A DNA stretch of 64,000 nt. Source: Eledone cirrhosa (taxonomy: Eukaryota). Where the stretch lies: the NCBI GenBank assembly GCA_964016885.1, contig OZ024742.1, positions 87,172,001-87,236,000 of the forward strand, given 5' to 3'. The first letter of the stretch is position 1. Each line of letters begins with the position of its first letter. The position numbers and the translations under genes are program-made. Positions 30,476-43,400 of the stretch are shown here, one piece after another. Under the pieces are notes generated by a model that was given only the letters and a program-made list of their open reading frames with translations, was not told where the DNA came from and did not search any database.

Positions 30476-32190
30476 TAATAATAATAATAATAATAATGAT
30501 TTCTTTATTAACCACAAGGGTTTACATAAAGTAGACATTAAGGAAAGTACAGGACAATACAGGGCGGTACAAATGGGCATTTATGCGTGTAAAAAAACAA
30601 GAAACAGAGGATGTAATAATAGAACATTGAAAAAATTCCCCAATTGGGGGGAAACTTCCGAGGGACATTGGTGGAAAAAGCCCATTAAAAATCCACAGTG
30701 ACTCTGACCACCAGGGCAAGTGCATTCTCCCAGTTTTCCACCTTTAATTTCCAGACACATACTCAGAGTAGGCCCATTCAGTAGGGCCATTCTTGCCTCT
30801 CTCGCCCATCGTTCAACAAAATGCTGGGAAGAGAGCACTTCCATGTCTACCCTGATATTCCTTTTCAAATGAAATTTGAAAAAGTTAATCAGGGCATCAG
30901 CGAAGAGGTAAGTGCTCGTCTTCAGCCCTTTCAAACGTGTCCAACATACTATCTCTTTCGCCATGGCCACCAGACAGATAAAAACTTCCTGCCCTTCCCG
31001 GCTAAGGGAAATGGCGGGGCAATCCTCACGATGGACTCAGCTGATAGCTGGATCCGTCCCACACGCGACAGCATGTGTTAGACATAAACCCACAAGCCAG
31101 CAATGTTCGGACACTGGGCGAGTGCGTGCAGGACGGTTTCGTCGCCCTGCACGCATCTCGGACATGCCCGGCTGACGGCACCTCCATGCCTGTAAAGTTT
31201 ATCCCGAACTGGCAAACTCCTCGGTAGCACTGCCAGGCCAGGGATTTCTGGGAGTTGTCCATAGGCCCCGGCCCGAAAGTTCTTCCAAAGAGATTGGCTA
31301 GTTGATAGTCGTCGACACCTTGAGTTTCCCCAAGTACGTCGTCGCTCTTCCACTCCACTAATCCTCTATAGAGCGCCAAGGTGGAGTTTCCACCGATCAC
31401 ATTGCCCGATTGGTCGAGGGTTGTGAGCGCCTGAAGACATTCCAGTCTCCAAGCGCTCCCTCTCGGTCTTCGCTTGACCCACGGTTCCATACTTCTGCCC
31501 ACGTCTGATGTGGGGTTTTTTTGCCCACACATGTCCCAAAACTTTTTGGATTTGGGACTCAGGTGACTGTTCAACTCGGCGCGATTGTATGTTTATTGTC
31601 CAATAAGACACGGTGCATAGGCGACATTGCTCCATTTTATTAGGTGCGTGTGTGGGTGGGGTGGGGGTTCTGACCCTGTACACATATTTCTTTACCATTC
31701 CTTACGCTTCGTCTAATCCTTCCTGAGATACCTCGATCGCTTCGCACGTTTTTGCTACTCTGGCAAAACTCAGGGTAGTTTTCTTAATTTCATTGTTGCT
31801 GTTGTTATTATCGTTATTTTTGCTATTGTTAATTTTAGTTTCAGTTGTGGTGGTGGTGGCGTCATTGGTTTTCGGTGTGGAAGAGTTCATTTTGTTTGAA
31901 TTCATTTATATATCATGAGTTAATTTATTTATTTCTTTTGTTTCTGTTGTCTCTGTGGTGGTGGTGGTGGGGGGGGGGTTGTCGCGGTGGTGGTGGTTGC
32001 GGCTTTAACACCTGCAGTCATTGGTAATGGCGGGAAATGAACGTCTACCTGAGACAAATTTAAAATATTGCTACTGCTTACAATTCCAGTGTTGGCAAAC
32101 GTACCAATGTTTACAATGGTGGTGTCGGTCTGAGGTGTTGGATTGTGAGGAAGGAGTTAATCTGAGTAATCCATTATTTTTCAAAGAAAA
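30476..32190 (-). mobile_element. second, internally deleted L1/Tx1-type LINE with (ATT)n tail
   Basis: ORFs in 30581-31500 are homologous to 24981-25700 (CPRCVQGDETVLHALAQC; MAKEIVCWTRLKGLKT). They are joined to ORF1-like sequence (GHVWAKKPHIRRGQKYGTV, compare GCVWARKTHITRGRKYATV). The 3' end TAAAGAAATC is the same as in the first copy. Confidence 0.85.
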
Positions 32191-32390
32191 AAATGTGTGC
32201 TTCATAATTATAAAAAGTCTACATTTTGGGCTCAAGGCCGCAATATTTTTGAGTGTCCTTTTCAGAAATCAATGTATGTGTAGTTATATATAGTTAACAA
32301 TAAAAATTTTCCATAAATGGCAATTTTAAATAACTGAACATAACAAACATTGTGGAGCTCACGATGATACGATTTACTACGTAAGTCGCC

Positions 32391-32465
<75 letters not shown>

Positions 32466-33429
32466 AATAATAAGGGAAGTGGTCGGACTAAAGTTTTGAA
32501 ATCGCTCACGTAAGTTTTTGATTTTTAACATATTTAAAACAATTGTGATATAACAATTTTAAAACAAATGATACATAAACCAGCAGACTCTGCTCTCAGA
32601 AAATTCGACTCCATAATATTCTGTTATTTCGCTCAAATATTCAATTTTGTATTATACTTTTTATATTAAAAAATGAAAATTGTTATAAATGGAAGAAAAC
32701 CCCTGTCTACACTATATAGAACAGCAAAATAACAGCAATTTCACCAACACATCAAAATAGATACACCACCTATCCCATCACACCCCTGTGTAGACTAAAT
32801 TCAACAGCCAGATAACGGCAGTTTCACCACCACCACCACCACCACCACCACCACCAATCCCAGCATAATAATAATAATTACTATTATTGTATCTCAAGTT
32901 TTCTCAAAATGTTTAATTCAAATATTAAGGAAATATGTCAACAGATATATTAAGCATACGCGACAAACCGCATATATACACATATCAAACAAACGAATAC
33001 TACTACAATCTATACAAAAGAACTCAGTAACGACAACGCCATCACTATATTCACCGCCGCCACAACCCCATCATTGCTACCGCTATCCCATCACCGCCGG
33101 CACCACTCCTTCATTGCTACCACCACTATTTCCACACTAACAGGGGAATGTGGCGGAATCACTAGACATGGGAGAGGCTAGCAAAAGATATAAATAGACT
33201 GACTTACTGACCCAGTCAAACGTCAACGACTATGACACTGATGGCTCCCTCCTTCCCCACCAACAATAGAAAAAGCCCCATCACCACCAACGACATATCC
33301 AACAACAATAGCAGGCAACTTCAGCAAAAAGTATATCATATTATTAATAATTTCATTCTTAAGCCACACAATAGTCACATTAAGGAAGCAATCATGATAA
33401 TAACAATTTAAAATACAACACAAAAGAAA

Positions 33430-36400
33430 ACCCCGTGACCAAGTATTACCGGTATGGCGGCCGGTGGGGAATAGCCGTTTCTCTAAGGGAGGGCGACCCC
33501 TCTTGTCTTGGTTGACACTCATCCTAGAAGTGGTAACGCGAAATGATTACCCATTTGCGGTTAAGAATAAAACGCGACAAAATAAAGTAAATGTCTAATG
33601 ATAACATCTCATACCGGATCGGCCGTCACCCGGGTCAAAAAGGGCCGCGTCCACCAGAATGGGGGTCGAAAAATCAGCTAATGTTTCAAAGCTTCCCATC
33701 ACTTCGGAGCTGCAGACATCCCATAACCGGAATACTCCAACTGTTCGCCCTCCATGTTCACCACCAAGAAATCCAAAGAAAAAGAGAGAAAAATGGTCAA
33801 GGGAAGACAATAAAGAAGTCCTTGAGGCTTTCTACACTGGCATGTACTACTCATCTAATAGAGCGAATACAGAACAAACATATATCAACTGAAAAAAGAA
33901 ACATCCCGAAAACAGAGGCTATATTGACAGTAACAAACTATCCAATATACGAAGAAATATTGTAAAAAAAAAGTTACTAACTGATATACAAATTGATCAG
34001 ATCAAGCTATTAGCACAAAGTTAGCGAAGCGAAAATGAAACATGTGTCAGTGAAAACGAGGTAAATTGTAACACTGACAACAGAATAAATTAAAGAAAGG
34101 ATCGAAAAAGTGGAGGGAGTGCATGCTCAAGATAAAACTCAAAATGAAAACAATGAGATAGTATATGATGAAGAAATGAATGAGAATGAACTTGCCAAAT
34201 TGAAGGATGAAATTATGATCGAATGGATGAAAATGAAAGAACCTGACATGGGGGGAACGAGACACCCTCCCTAAGATCTAGAGCTCCAAACAGAATCAAA
34301 AGATAATACACAAGATTATTATCATCACCATTATCATCACAGACAAACTAAACATTACTGATTTAAATCATCTCTATTATGCAACGGCTAAAGTCACCAC
34401 TCACTTATGTGGGGTGAAAATGAAAAAAACAAAGGAATTCCCACAATAAATCTACTTGCCAAGAGAATATAATCGCCAAATAAACCTTCTCCGATCTGAC
34501 ATAGAAATATTAACAACAACAAAGTAGGTGAACATGTTAAACAACTAAACTTAGAAAATTGAAAAGAAAATGCAGTGTAAAATCAACAAATGACATAGTC
34601 ATGCTTGTAGAAATAATCACGCAAAAAGTGTCGGCCAAAGCACCTCGTATACGGCGCTTTGAAAAACGATCTAGATTCTATAAGGACAATAATATGTTGA
34701 AAAACAACCAAAGAAACTTCTACAGAAAAATTGTCATGTCAACAAATACTGCTAAATGAATACCACCCAAGGAGGAAGTGCAAGAATTCTGGGAAAACAT
34801 GTGGGCCGAAGAAAAGGTTCATGATATACATGCCCCATGGATAGACAGGCAAATGAAAGATACAGCTCAACTTGAGGAACAAATATGGGAAAATATAACA
34901 GTTGAACAGTTGCGTTTGGCTCTAAGAAAAACCAGCAAATGGAAATCCCCAGGAAAAGACAAATTACTAATTTTTTGGATAAATGCCTTCACAGAGTCTC
35001 ATGAGCTTTTAGCCCAACTTTACAATGAAATAGTTAAGGAGGCAGAAAAGATACCATCATGGCTAGTTAACGGCATTACAATCCTGCTTCCGAAGAATGA
35101 TGAGGCGAACAATCCCCAAAATTACAGACCGATAACTTGCTTGACCACAATGTATAAACTTTTAACATCAGTGCTAACTGAATATACATATGACCACCTG
35201 ATAACAAATGACCTTTTTACCAATGAGCAGAAAGGGTGTAAACCAGGCTCATATGGCTGTAAGGATCAGCTTTTGGTTAACAAAATGTTACTGGAAGATT
35301 GTCATAATAGAGATACAAATATATCAATTGCTTGGATAGATTATAAAAAAAAGCATTCGATAGTTTGCCACACAGTTGGATTGAAAAATGTTTAGAGATT
35401 TTCAAAATATCTCCAGTTGTCAGGAGGTTCCTGTCATTCAGTATGAAGACATGGAAAACGACACTCCTTTTGAATAGTGATAACAAATCACTGGAAGCTG
35501 GAGAAGTTAATATTAATTGTGGAATTTTTCAGGTTGACTCTTTATTACCGCTTTTATTCTGCATCGCAATTATACCATTAAATAAAGTGCTCAATGAAAC
35601 AAAACATGGATATAAAGTCTATGACATAACCTTTAACCACTTGTTCTACATGGATGATCGGAAGATTTTTGCAAAAAATGATGAACATTTGCAAGAGCTA
35701 TTATCCACTGTGGAGCAGTTCAGTGATGACATTAAAATGGAGCTTGGACGAGGTAAATGCGTCAAAGCAACGTTCACCAGAGGAAAGCTGCTGAAAAGTT
35801 CAGACATTAATCTTGATCAAGAGGAAACTTACAAATATCTAGGTGTTTGTGAAGGAGATGGAATCAAGCACTTGACAATGAGGGAAATGATAAGGAAGGA
35901 ATGGTACCGCAGAGTAAGAGCAATCTTAAGAACAGAATTGAAAGCAAGGAATAGGATCGATGCCATAAGCACGCTTGTCATACCAGTAGTAACCTACAGT
36001 TACAATATCATCATCTGGTCAAGCACGGGGATCCGTAGGCTCTATACAAACATTAGAAATGTCTTAAACATGCACAGAATGCATCACCTAAGGCAGATAC
36101 AGAGAGAATATAGCTCCCTAGGAAAGAAGGAGGACGTGGGTTAATCGAGATATATATTGCGTTGAAAACTGCAACAATTGGATTATCTACATATCTAAGG
36201 GATTCACATAATTGGATGATGAAACTTATTTTGAAACACGAAAGCATGAAAGGATCATACTCCATTACAAAAGATGCACAAATATACAGTAATGGACATC
36301 AAATTTCGGAAGTTCCATTTACTGATGACATGGAAACCACAGAAAAAGCAAAGTAGGTAAAAGTAACTGCAAAGAAAGTAGTGCTACAGAAACTGTCTAA

Positions 36401-36960
36401 GAAATGGCAAGAAAAGCCTCTCTATGGAAAATACCCAGAAAGAGCTAACAATCCTGATGTTGACAACACTTTACCCCATCAGTGGGTGGCATCCTCTGGA
36501 CTGAAATCGGAGACTGAAGAATTAATTATTTCAGCACAAGATCAGTGTCTGCCAACAAAAAATTACCAAGCCAACATAATAAATAATGGATGCAACCAAT
36601 TATGCCGTGTATGTAAAAAAACAACCAGAGAACATAGATCATATAAGTTCAATGTGCAGCCCTATAGCTCCAACCGAATACCTAAACAGGTATGACAGAG
36701 CTACACAATACATACATTGGATAATGTGTAAACATTTTGACCTGCCCTATCAAAAGAATTGGTGGGGGCATCAACCACCTCCCATACTTGAAAAAGATCA
36801 CATCTCAATCTTGTGGAACTTTACCATCCAAACAGACCGAACAATAGATGCAGATAGACCTGATATAATACTGAAGGTCTTTAAAAAGAGGGGATGCCTG
36901 CTAATTGATATGGCCGTTCCAATAGACAAGAATGTATCTATAAAAATATTTGAACAATTT
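33430..36960 (+). mobile_element. R4/Dong-type non-LTR element (RT, CCHC and restriction-like endonuclease), disrupted and 3'-truncated
   Basis: KWSREDNKEVLEAFY, WKSPGKD, NYRPITCL, EQKGC..GC.DQLL, AWIDYKK, HLFYMDD, CRVC...ENIDHI...C, RPDII...LIDMAVP. Confidence 0.88.
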
Positions 36961-37242
36961 ACGCGTTTTTAGCAAGTGAGAAAGTCTCATTGGCGGAGGG
37001 AGAGAGCGAATAACGTATTTGCTAGATAAAGCAGTTAATACACTCGTGATTAACTCGATCTTAGGGGAGACTGAGACAATAATAATGAAATAGCCACACA
37101 TGTATTCACATGTATGTGTGTTTTGTCCGCCTCAACACGTTTTGCTCAATGACCCAAAGAGCCAAGATAACTAAAATAATTAAATCAACACTATGATCAG
37201 AGCTAAAAATATGAGAGATTAATAGACACAAATATACCTATT

Positions 37243-37322
<80 letters not shown>

Positions 37323-40300
37323 TAGAGTGAGGTCTTTTTTTACAAAATGAAATCTAACCGAGTGAAAGTGTAAAGAGAAAAAGATGAAATCGAAAATGCA
37401 GATGGAGTCTTATTTAAAAAAATATATATATATTTATTTCGTTCCTTTGCCGGTTTCGCAGTTCTTCTGTTTTCAAAAGTAGAGTTGAGATGGAGGGTCT
37501 GTGCCTTTTCTCATCCCTCTAGCGATAGGAATAAAACGCCACCTGGTTCAACAACTACGAAATGGACTTCAAAAATGAACAACATACAGGTAACCCATTT
37601 TTAAAACAAACTAAAACTCACACACCACATGCACAACAAATAACAAAAAAAAGTAACAAAACATGCACAACAAATAACAAAAAAAGTTGACAAAGCGTCC
37701 AACATACCACCAGCAAGATTATAACGATAATCCCACAAACTATAGACAAAACTATAAGCCTACTAACAAAAACCGAAGATCCCCGAACACAAGGCAGGAC
37801 CCGATCCTTAGATTACAACCCACACAAAACCTATTCCAAAACCGTAGACCCCTGCTCACACAGAGCTTGTTCCAAAACCGTAGATCCCAACCCACACAAA
37901 GGAACAAAATCTACAACCCGGACTATCAACACACCGAACCTCAATACGTCCGAAACTTCTATACAAGACCACACAACAGCTGGGGAAATACCATTAGATA
38001 TAATAATACCATTGAAAAAACATTGCAGAAAAATCATTTTTTAGACCAAGGCTACAGGACCCTAGACACCCGGTGGCACACACTGATTTTGAAAAACCGA
38101 AAATAATCAACCTTTTAAATAAAAACCTCTCAGCCCAACAAGTGAAAATTCTCTCCAAAGGACTGAAATTCATACCAACACCACAATGAGATAAATGACG
38201 ATATCTCACAATTCTGTAGAAAATTACGTCTCACAGAGGAATTCTTTGACAAGGAGATTAACGACGAATCAATTGTACGGAATAAAAGCAGCTACAACCC
38301 AACAAAAGGTAGAAACAGAGTTCTGGACAAATTTGGTGACCACATAGCTACTTTCTCATACCATGAACTACCACAACCTAAACCCAAACCCAACACGAGT
38401 CGAAGGGAATGGGAGATTATCCATGAACTAAAAAACAATACGGACATTATAATTAAGGAAGCGGACAAAGTAAGTACTGTTGTCATAATGGAGGCTGAAA
38501 AATATAAAAAGTTCTATGTTCTCTCTCTTACAAAATACTAATTACTATGAAAGAGTAAAACACTACCAGCAATCAAAAACAATGATCAGATTAAACACAC
38601 TCATTTATCGATACCCGAAAGGCCTAACTAAAAAAGGAACGCGAATATTTAACACATTTTGAATACAAAACCAGCAACCTTTACGGACTTTCGAAGATCC
38701 ACAAGTGTAAAATAATTAACGATGCCTGTAAACAATCCACCTCAGCCTGCGTGAACACACATGAACCCACATACCTTAAATTAAGACCAATTGTAGCGGG
38801 CCCACAATGCGAAACACACAGACTGAGCAACTTTATAGACATACTACTAAAACCAATTCTCAAATACATATCAAGCCTTGTAAGAGACAATCTGCACCTC
38901 TTAAACCACCTCCCCAAACATGCCAACAACGACACTATTATTGTGTCTTTCGATGTAATGAATCTCTACACAACGATTCCACACCAATACGGACTAGAAG
39001 CAATAGGATTCGGGCTAGAAAAATATCCAAATGAGATACCTGGCATAATTGAAAAAAGCTTCATCCCTGAGGGATTAAAATTCATCTTACAGAACAACTT
39101 TTTTGATTTGGATGGAAGTACTTACAAGCCAATATCGGGGACTGTGATGGGTACAAAAGCCGTTCCAACGTATGCCAACTTAGTCATGGCATACTTAGAA
39201 GTCCAGATATATGAATATTCCAAATCAAAATACGGATTGAACTTCTACAAATATTTATCAGAGAATCGGAAACGCTACTTGGATGATTGTCTCATTCTTT
39301 GGTCCCACACACTCGACCAACTGAAGGTTTTCAAACACTTAATAAACGGCATCAATAACCTCATCCAATTCACAATGAAATACAGCCCAGATCAACTCCC
39401 ATTTCTGGACATCTTAATCTTTAAAAAAAGACACAAATATTGAAAATGACATACACTACAAACCAACAGATTCCAAACAATATCTGCTATTCACCTCCAA
39501 CCATCCAAACCACACGAAGACGAACATTCCTTTTAACCTAGCAAGAAGAATTTGCACAATTGTCGCCAATTATGAAACGCGAAATAAAAGACTTCAAGAA
39601 TTAAAGGAAATCTACTCGAAAGAGAGTACCCCCCATTATTATAAATAATGGAATAGAAAGGGCTAAAGCAATAGGCATTGATGTATTACGAAAACAGAAA
39701 CAAATTCAAGGTACGTCCAATATTCTATCATATATATGTCAACGCACAACCCAAGGAATGTGGAAGCTTACAACACTATTCACAAGAAAATCCCACTACT
39801 AAAACAAAACCCAAGAATGAAAAAAGCCCTTGAAACACACAAAATAATCAAAAGCAAAAGACAACCGACCAGCATTAAATATCGTTTGATATACATTATG
39901 TCAACACCATAATATGACATACACACACACTCATAACACCTGCTACTTTAGAAAATAAAAACCCGAACTAAATAAACCTTAACATACGTTTGCGCTAACA
40001 ATACAACAGAACAAATACGAATAAGTAAGGAAAATATGTTCATTCAAAAATATTCCTACTAAAGGAATCATTTTCCAACACACACACACACACAATATAT
40101 ATATATATACTCTCTTCATCTTAACATGCTAACCATACTCCCACATACATAATACCCATACACACACATAACAACCCCCGCCACCACACACACAGCTCCC
40201 TCCCCCATTTCTGCTAATTAAATAACTGTCCTACACACATTTATACAAACACACAAAATATATATATTCTCTCCATCTTAACATACTCCCACTCACATAC

Positions 40301-40424
40301 GCACACATAACACCCATATACACACTCACACAACTCCCTCCCCCATTTCTAATAATATAGTCATCTTCCAATACACACACACACACACACAAGCACACAA
40401 ATACACATACACATCTATCCTTCC

Positions 40425-40723
40425 TTTACTTCAATAGAAAATCTGAATTCTGACACCCCAGCGAACTAACCATATTCACTGAACCAGAACAATTATGCCA
40501 TCCAATTCCTCTTGACCATTATCTTTTGCTTGTCATAAAATTTTCTAAAAAGCTACAGAATAGATTTCCAAATAAGGACGCGAAAATGTAATGAAAACTT
40601 GTTCACGTGACAGCCATAAGTTCATTTATAACCAATCAAATTACGTTTATGAAAAAAAAGCCTTCGTGAGCCCCTTTTTTTAAGTAAAAATAAATTCAAA
40701 TACACACACACCCAACACACACG

Positions 40724-40755
<32 letters not shown>

Positions 40756-41060
40756 AATAAACATACATATCTCTACTTTCTTTATTCAATAGAAAATCTG
40801 GATTCTGACACCCCAGCGATCTAACCATATTCACTGAACCAGAACAATATCTCCCATCCAATTTCTCTTGAGCATTCTCGTTTGCTTGTCATAACATTCT
40901 CTAAAAAAGCTACAGAATAGATTTCCAAATAAGGGCGCGAAAATTTAATGAAAACTTGTTCACGTGACAGCCAAAATTTCATTTATAACCAATTAAATTA
41001 CGATTATTAAAAAAAAGCCTTCGTGAGTCCCCTTTTTTAAGTAAAAAGAAATTCAAACAC
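40425..41060 (+). repeat. ~360-bp-period tandem duplication inside the PLE 3' region
   Basis: CAATAGAAAATCTG.ATTCTGACACCCCAGCGA... begins at about 40432 and again at about 40787. Confidence 0.85.
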
Positions 41061-41276
41061 TCATATATGAAAAAACAACCTGTGTCACCCCCCACCCTTG
41101 TTTGAAAAACTCTTTGTAACGCTAACTGGCGCGAAATTTATTATAATTATTGACCAACCAATCAAATTACTTCTCTAAAAACATGGCATTTCGAGCCACT
41201 TTTTTCCATATAAAACCAGTAACATTCACAGACAACCAGATGTAAGAAAAAACACAGATCCTCCATCTCAACTCTA

Positions 41277-41312
41277 CTTTTGAAAAGCAGAAGAACAGCG
41301 AAACCGGTAAAG
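41277..41312 (+). ncRNA. minimal hammerhead with U3-A8 core
   Basis: CTT-TTGAAAA-GCAGaagaaC(A/T)GC-GAAA-CCGG-TA^AAG. The inverted copy at 37445-37479 supplies CTGC, which completes stem II. Confidence 0.6.
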
Positions 41313-41609
41313 GAACCAAATAAATATATATATATATTTAAAAATAAGACTCCAGTTGCATTTTCGATTTCATCTTTATTTCTTTATATATATATATATA
41401 TATATATAAAGGCCAAGAGCAGAGGGTCATCTCTGTACAAGCCCCCGCCTATGCTAACGGGTCTTATCCGTTAGTTTATTTAGGAGCTACAAATCGTCAT
41501 TATTTTATTATATTACACTATGTCTAGTTCTAAACCTCGCTACTGACGTAAACTTAAACATCGAGTCCTCACCTGGGTGAGCCTACAGTTACTTCTCGTT
41601 ATACTCTTT

Positions 41610-41654
<45 letters not shown>

Positions 41655-41658
<4 letters not shown>

Positions 41659-42006
41659 TATGTATCAGGCCACACCTTAATTAAATGCTACAGGTAACAT
41701 GGAGCCCTGTACAATATGTCACATGTTCGGGTCGTCGGTGACTAAACCTGCAACCCCACTAAGCTTGTTTGGTCATAGAGCGGAGGAAGTAGTGAGAGTC
41801 ATCAGCCATCCAGAATGTGTATATAGGTATATCTGTAATTATTTGTGGGTGTGTAAATGTTTATATATCGGTGTGTGGGGGATTGTTTGTGTGTGTGTGT
41901 GCAGAACTTTGACCTAAACGTTAGGAGAGGTCAAATAAAGCTGAACCAAACACTGTCTTTTCCAGCAACTTGCGTCTGATTGCATTTCATACCGGAAGGA
42001 AAATCA
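41655..42006 (+). mobile_element. possible solo LTR
   Basis: Starts with TG, has AATAAA at about 41934 and ends near CA. No target-site duplication was verified. Confidence 0.25.
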
Positions 42007-42049
42007 AGAAGAAAAATAGTAATTTTCCAAAAAAAGAATTGCACTGAAT

Positions 42050-43400
42050 ATTAGTATTACTACACATGTAGTATTAGAAAACTTCTTAACAGAAAATTAT
42101 CCACGAATACAGAACACGGTAATCCTACTCTTGGCAGTGAACTGAGAAGCCGTCATATTGATATAGCTGCACTCTCTGAAACCTGTCTAAGTGGGGAAGG
42201 TCATCTATCAGAGAGAGGTGCCGGCTATACTTTCTTCATTGAAGGGAACGTATACTGAGAGGAAAGGAAAGTAGGAGTAGGATCCGTTGGCCGGTTAGAG
42301 TTGACAAAGTGACTGGAGCAACAATAAGCATTAGTGACCGATTTACGTATCTAAGATTTCCACTTTCAAAGGGACGTTTCATGACTGCCATTTGAATATA
42401 TGTTCATATAGGCAGGAATCCATCATAGCTTTTTACCAAGTTATACGGGGGTGTATAATATCGATTCCAGATACGGTTAAAATCTTGCTTCTTCGAGATC
42501 TTAATGCATATGTGATAAAGGACGACCATATCTGGAAGGATTTAGGCTGTCATGGCGTGGGCAAGATCAATGATAATGAGCTACTCCTTTAGAAATTATG
42601 CATTGAGTTTGAACTGGACGTGTGCAATACTTTTTTAAGCAAACACAGATCCACAAGGCAACTTGACTTACACCCGAGTTCCAAACAGGAACATAACTTG
42701 TATTATGTTATCACCAGAAAGGATGATGTCTAGGAGTTTTGCTTTGTAAGAGTAATGACTGATGCAGTATGTGGAACAGAGCACACACTCGTCCGTAGCA
42801 AGATGGTGCAGATCAGGAGAACATTGTGGGCAGCAAGGGTACACGCACCAAAACGTATCAGAACTGCCATTTAAAACACGAAAGATGGTCAATAATTGGA
42901 CGTTTAAGTTTCAGCAGAGATGCATAAGAATTATATCTACAAAAATGTGAATGCATTATACAGTACAATAAAACAAGCTATTGTCCACAGCCCTCAAAAA
43001 TGGGACGAGTGAATTCAAAAGATGAGAACGTCCTCATCAAAAATCCAGCTTGAGTCATGAGTCGATGAACTGATCAATCTAAAGATCTGTTTGAAACCCA
43101 TGTGTAGTTGATGAGGAAATGATTAATGAGCTGCAGCAAAGGGAACTGTAACAGATATGATGAATGATCCAACCATTGGTGAGATAAGGTTTAATATCAA
43201 AGAGATAAACATCGGGAAAACCCAGGTGTGGATGGAATACCTATTGAGCTGATTCGATTTAGAGGAGATAATGTTACTGTGGCAGTCCTATCTGTGTGGT
43301 AAGCTAAACCTGTCCAGCAAGAATATTCATAGAGTCCACCAAAATATGAAAGCATACGTGAATGGGACAGTTTACAGGAAAACGACATCCCTGAACTCTT
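42050..43400 (+). mobile_element. degraded RTE-BovB-like LINE (endonuclease and linker fragments)
   Basis: ELRSRHIDIAALSETCLSGEGHLSERGAGYTFF, LLLRDLNAYV...GCHGVGKINDNELLL, and KPRCGWNTY at the GKxPGxDGIP site. Confidence 0.75.

Larger units (their letters stand above)
37322..41386 (+). mobile_element. Neptune/Nematis-like PLE with disrupted RT, no visible GIY-YIG, and terminal inverted arms of ~133 bp in (TA)n
   Basis: RT motifs LSKGLKFIPTP, IIIKEADK, LRPIVAG, SFDVMNLYTTIPH, GTVMGT..PTYANL, RYLDD and LPFLDI lie in 38090-39885. 37371-37503 is inverted relative to 41253-41386. The tail 37322-37370 is on the left only. Confidence 0.88.

Noticed and set aside
33430-33560. HDV-like ribozyme in the R4 5'UTR
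   Set aside because: Several hairpins are present, but I could not assemble the nested double pseudoknot by eye. It needs a descriptor search.
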